The position numbers were made by a program, and so were the translations under genes. Under the pieces are notes generated by a model. It saw only the letters and a list, made by a program, of their open reading frames with translations, searched no databases and was not told the origin of the DNA. A stretch of DNA of 47,545 nt from assembly GCA_036012755.1 (NCBI GenBank), contig DASCPX010000067.1, forward strand, positions 1 through 47,545, read 5' to 3'. This DNA comes from Myxococcota bacterium. GTDB taxonomy: Bacteria; Myxococcota_A; UBA796; CAJQPC01. This document shows, piece after piece, positions 44,955 through 47,545 of this stretch (within the stretch, counting starts at the first letter, position 1; each line of letters starts with the position of its first letter).

Positions 44955-46333
44955 TCGACGTCCAGCACGTACCAGTAGGAGGACAGCGACATCGCGTGGA
45001 AGTTGCCGTTGTCGTGCTCGAAGACGGCGGTGTCCGTTCCCGAGTGCCAGCTCGCGTCGAGGTAGAGCCGACCCACGGAGGTCTCGTCGATCCCAGAGGT
45101 CAGCTCCTCCCAGGTCAGGCTGAGCTCGCCGTCGCTCGCCGGCACGGTGCAGTAGTGCGAGACCAGCGTAGTGTTGCCCGAGTCCGTGACGTGGAGGTAG
45201 TACTCCAGGCCGTCGTGCGGCGTCGCCGGGTCCCAGGTCATCGAGAAGTCCTCGCCCCACGCGAGGCTGCCCTTGGTCTCCCAGTCGAGGCTGACGTCAC
45301 CGATCACGATGGCGTCCGCGAGCTCCTGGGTCGGGATGAAGGTGTCCTCCTCCTCGAAGATCAGGTCGAAGCCCTGGCCATGCCACGCCGTGTAGTCGAT
45401 GCCGTCGGTCACGTAGTAGTAGACGACGCCGTCGGTGGCGTGGACCATGCTGCGCTCGCCGAGGCTGGGGTTGTCGATCGTCAGGACATCGCCGACGGTG
45501 TCCCACGGGTCCGTGTCCAGGTCGCCGCCAGCAGAGCAGTCTCCCCAGTCCACCACCGGGTAGTTGGCGGGGTAGGTGACCTCCCAGGCCTGTGGCGGGT
45601 TGCTCAACACCATCTCCAGCTGGATGAAGTCGTCGTAGGTCGAGGCATAGGGGCTGGAGAAGTCGAGGAAGTCCGGGTTGTAGATGTTGATGCTGGCCAG
45701 GACGAAGCCGTCGTTGAGCCCGGACGCGTCCTCGTAGTAGGTGAAGCCCTCTTCGTAGGTCGCCTCGGTGCCGCGGTCGTGGACGACGACGTCCACCGCT
45801 CCAACGGTGCCAGGAGGGGTCTCGACGATGACCGCCGTCTCAGCCGTCAGGAGGATGGTGGAGTCCACCCCGTCGAAGGTGACCCGGTCCACGAGCTCCA
45901 GGCTCTCTCCGTTGATCGTGACCTGGGTGCCGCCGGCGCTGGTGCCGTGGGGCGGTTCGATGTCGGAGAGTCCGACGTCCGGCTCGGGCCAGTAGGCCAC
46001 CTCCGTGCCTGTCAGACCCATGACGTTGGTGGCGGTGACCACGAAGGTGTAGTCGCCGTCGCAGGACAGGGCGTAGTCCTCGAGCTCCCACTGGGAGAAG
46101 CCGCCCGAGATGTCGTAGTCGAGGTCCTTTTCCGGGAACAGCTCGGTCTCCACCGAGTCGATCTCGACGTCCATGGTGACGTTGCTGACCTGGTTTGGGT
46201 CCCCCTTCGCGAGGATGCGGACGTCGAAGGCACCATCCGTGCAGTCGATGGCGACGTCCATGACCTCTGGCTCGGAGTTGTCGAAGCAGGCGGTGAGGGC
46301 CACGAGGGTCGCGGCGATGCTGAGGCGGCGCAT
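44951..46333 (-). CDS. Acidic lipoprotein with an IPT/TIG domain
   Basis: MRRLSIAATLVALTAC lipobox and IEPPHGTSAGGTQVTING...VTFDG...TPPG.VGAVDVVV...FTY. True start 46333 (TGATG overlap). Confidence 0.8.
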   Translation of the reverse strand: MRRLSIAATLVALTACFDNSEPEVMDVAIDCTDGAFDVRILAKGDPNQVSNVTMDVEIDSVETELFPEKDLDYDISGGFSQWELEDYALSCDGDYTFVVTATNVMGLTGTEVAYWPEPDVGLSDIEPPHGTSAGGTQVTINGESLELVDRVTFDGVDSTILLTAETAVIVETPPGTVGAVDVVVHDRGTEATYEEGFTYYEDASGLNDGFVLASINIYNPDFLDFSSPYASTYDDFIQLEMVLSNPPQAWEVTYPANYPVVDWGDCSAGGDLDTDPWDTVGDVLTIDNPSLGERSMVHATDGVVYYYVTDGIDYTAWHGQGFDLIFEEEDTFIPTQELADAIVIGDVSLDWETKGSLAWGEDFSMTWDPATPHDGLEYYLHVTDSGNTTLVSHYCTVPASDGELSLTWEELTSGIDETSVGRLYLDASWHSGTDTAVFEHDNGNFHAMSLSSYWYVLDVE

Positions 46334-47382
46334 CAGAAGCAGTCCTCGATGGCGTTCCAGTAGGTGGCGAGGATGACCACGATAGCGGCCACGAAGATGA
46401 TGCAGAAGAGTGAAGGGTACGAAGAGGATCGCCATCGCCGCCCAGGCGGAGGTGAAGGCGGCGATCCAGCCCATCACGGCGATCCAGCCCGTGATGAGGG
46501 TGGACGCCGTCCCCCACATCGCCAGGAGCATCAGGATCGTCGCGCCGAAGATCATGATGCCTTCGCACATGTCGAACTTCGGCGCCGGCTTCGGTCCGAA
46601 GACCTTGGCCTATGAGGCTGTCCCAGCGCTTCTGGATCTCCGGTGGCGGAGGCGCGCCGTAGTCGGACCAGTCGTAGTCGTCGAGCAGGGCCTGGGCCTC
46701 GCTGGCGACATCGCTGGTGCCCTCGATGGGCTCGAACTCCTGCTGGGTCCAGCGCCGGCCGATCTCCTGGTTCGAGAACAACACGGTGTTCGCGATCGGA
46801 CTCGGGGTGATCTCCTTGTCCGACAGGTATGTGCGCATCTCCTCGTCGAGCTGGACCGTGGCGGCGATGTACTCGGTGTGGTCGGTGCCTTCGCAGAGGG
46901 CGACCACCTTCCTTGTCGTCGATCTCCTGCAGCATGTCGTCGATGGTCGACTCCATGCCCGAGAGCGTCTCGGTCAAGGTGTAGAGCTCGGGAAAGACCG
47001 TCTCCTCGAGCTCCTCCTGGGTGGCGGGAGGGTTCTTCTTGACGTCGGCGACGAGCCTCATGAAGGGCAGCGAGGCCTCTGTCACCTGGCGCATCGTCTC
47101 AGCAGCGGCGGGGTACTCCGTGTGGAACTCGTTGAGGAACTCGCCAAAGGTCACGAAGGCGCCTCCGAAGCGATCGGCCCACGGCGTGTCGGCGAGGACC
47201 TCCTCCGTGAGGGCCTCCATCGTGTCGATGGTGGCGGTGCTCAGGCCCGGGAAGGTCCCGGGGCCGCCCGAGTCGTCGATATCGATGGGTTCGTCCGGAA
47301 CGTCGGACGGTGCTCCGTCACAGCCTGCGTAGGCCAGGACACCTAGTCCGCCGGCACCCTGGAGGAAGAAGCGTCGCTTCAT
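46333..47382 (-). pseudogene. Tat-signal (lipo)protein gene interrupted by three +1 frameshifts
   Basis: MKRRFFLQGAGGLGVLAYAGC signal. The coding-style frame switches at ~46911, ~46611 and ~46411. Removing one base at each site gives a single 348-aa ORF ending ...YWNAIEDCF* that overlaps the next ATG. Confidence 0.8.
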
Positions 47383-47419
47383 GCGTGGCCCTCTGTGTGA
47401 GTCGAAGAGGGCACCCTAA

Positions 47420-47459
47420 CAACGACAAAGCCCCCCTCTCGAAGGCCGAAAGGGGGGCT
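47420..47459 (-). terminator. Rho-independent terminator after groEL
   Basis: AGCCCCCCT 47429-47437 pairs with AGGGGGGCT 47451-47459, followed on the - strand by a T-rich tail (TTGTCGTTGTT). Confidence 0.75.
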
Positions 47460-47475
47460 CGGAGGGAGGACTGGG

Positions 47476-47545
<70 letters not shown>

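Noticed and set aside
23961..46570. Long N-terminal extensions on track ORFs (23961-25268, 33947-36136, 35104-37392, 40339-41241, 44951-46570) read as fusions
   Set aside because: The extensions overlap real upstream genes in other frames, and internal starts at stop-start overlaps or signal peptides explain them.
148..47346. Many long alternative ORFs in the track (e.g. 6450-8714 -, 29649-31544 -, 36162-38759 +, 40932-43937 +)
   Set aside because: These are antisense or off-frame shadows of motif-bearing genes, expected at this GC content, and are R/G/P/A-rich with no recognisable motifs.

Overview
High-GC window with very dense coding and many 4-nt NTGA gene overlaps. The gene content points to a Myxococcota-like deltaproteobacterium (inference). 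In order: (1) a Wzx/Wzy-type polysaccharide locus with a flippase, two sulfotransferases, a short OPX/Wza, a Wzy-like protein, Wzc and an O-antigen-ligase-TPR protein, plus a four-helix-bundle remnant; (2) a PD-(D/E)xK nuclease-DinG/XPD helicase fusion, a patatin and a CysQ-like phosphatase; (3) several exported proteins, hutI, mtnA and tatA; (4) Cys-repeat proteins and an ExbB/ExbD/ExbD (AglRQS-like) motor trio; (5) a candidate sRNA, a lone receiver protein and a MoxR-DUF58-BatA-vWA operon; (6) a minus-strand run of lnt, ECF sigma, anti-sigma, exported caspase with a beta-barrel, vWA/Ig lipoprotein, histidine kinase and hydrolase; (7) a YidD-like cluster, a Tat-signal gene broken by three +1 frameshifts, and the 3' end of groEL. 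No rRNA, tRNA, CRISPR array or transposase was seen. The most notable observations are the triple-frameshifted Tat gene, the ECF/anti-sigma/caspase module, the promoter-supported sRNA with an anti-SD tract, a bidirectional leaderless promoter, and very short signal peptides with no charged n-region. All calls come from reading motifs by eye; no searches were run.
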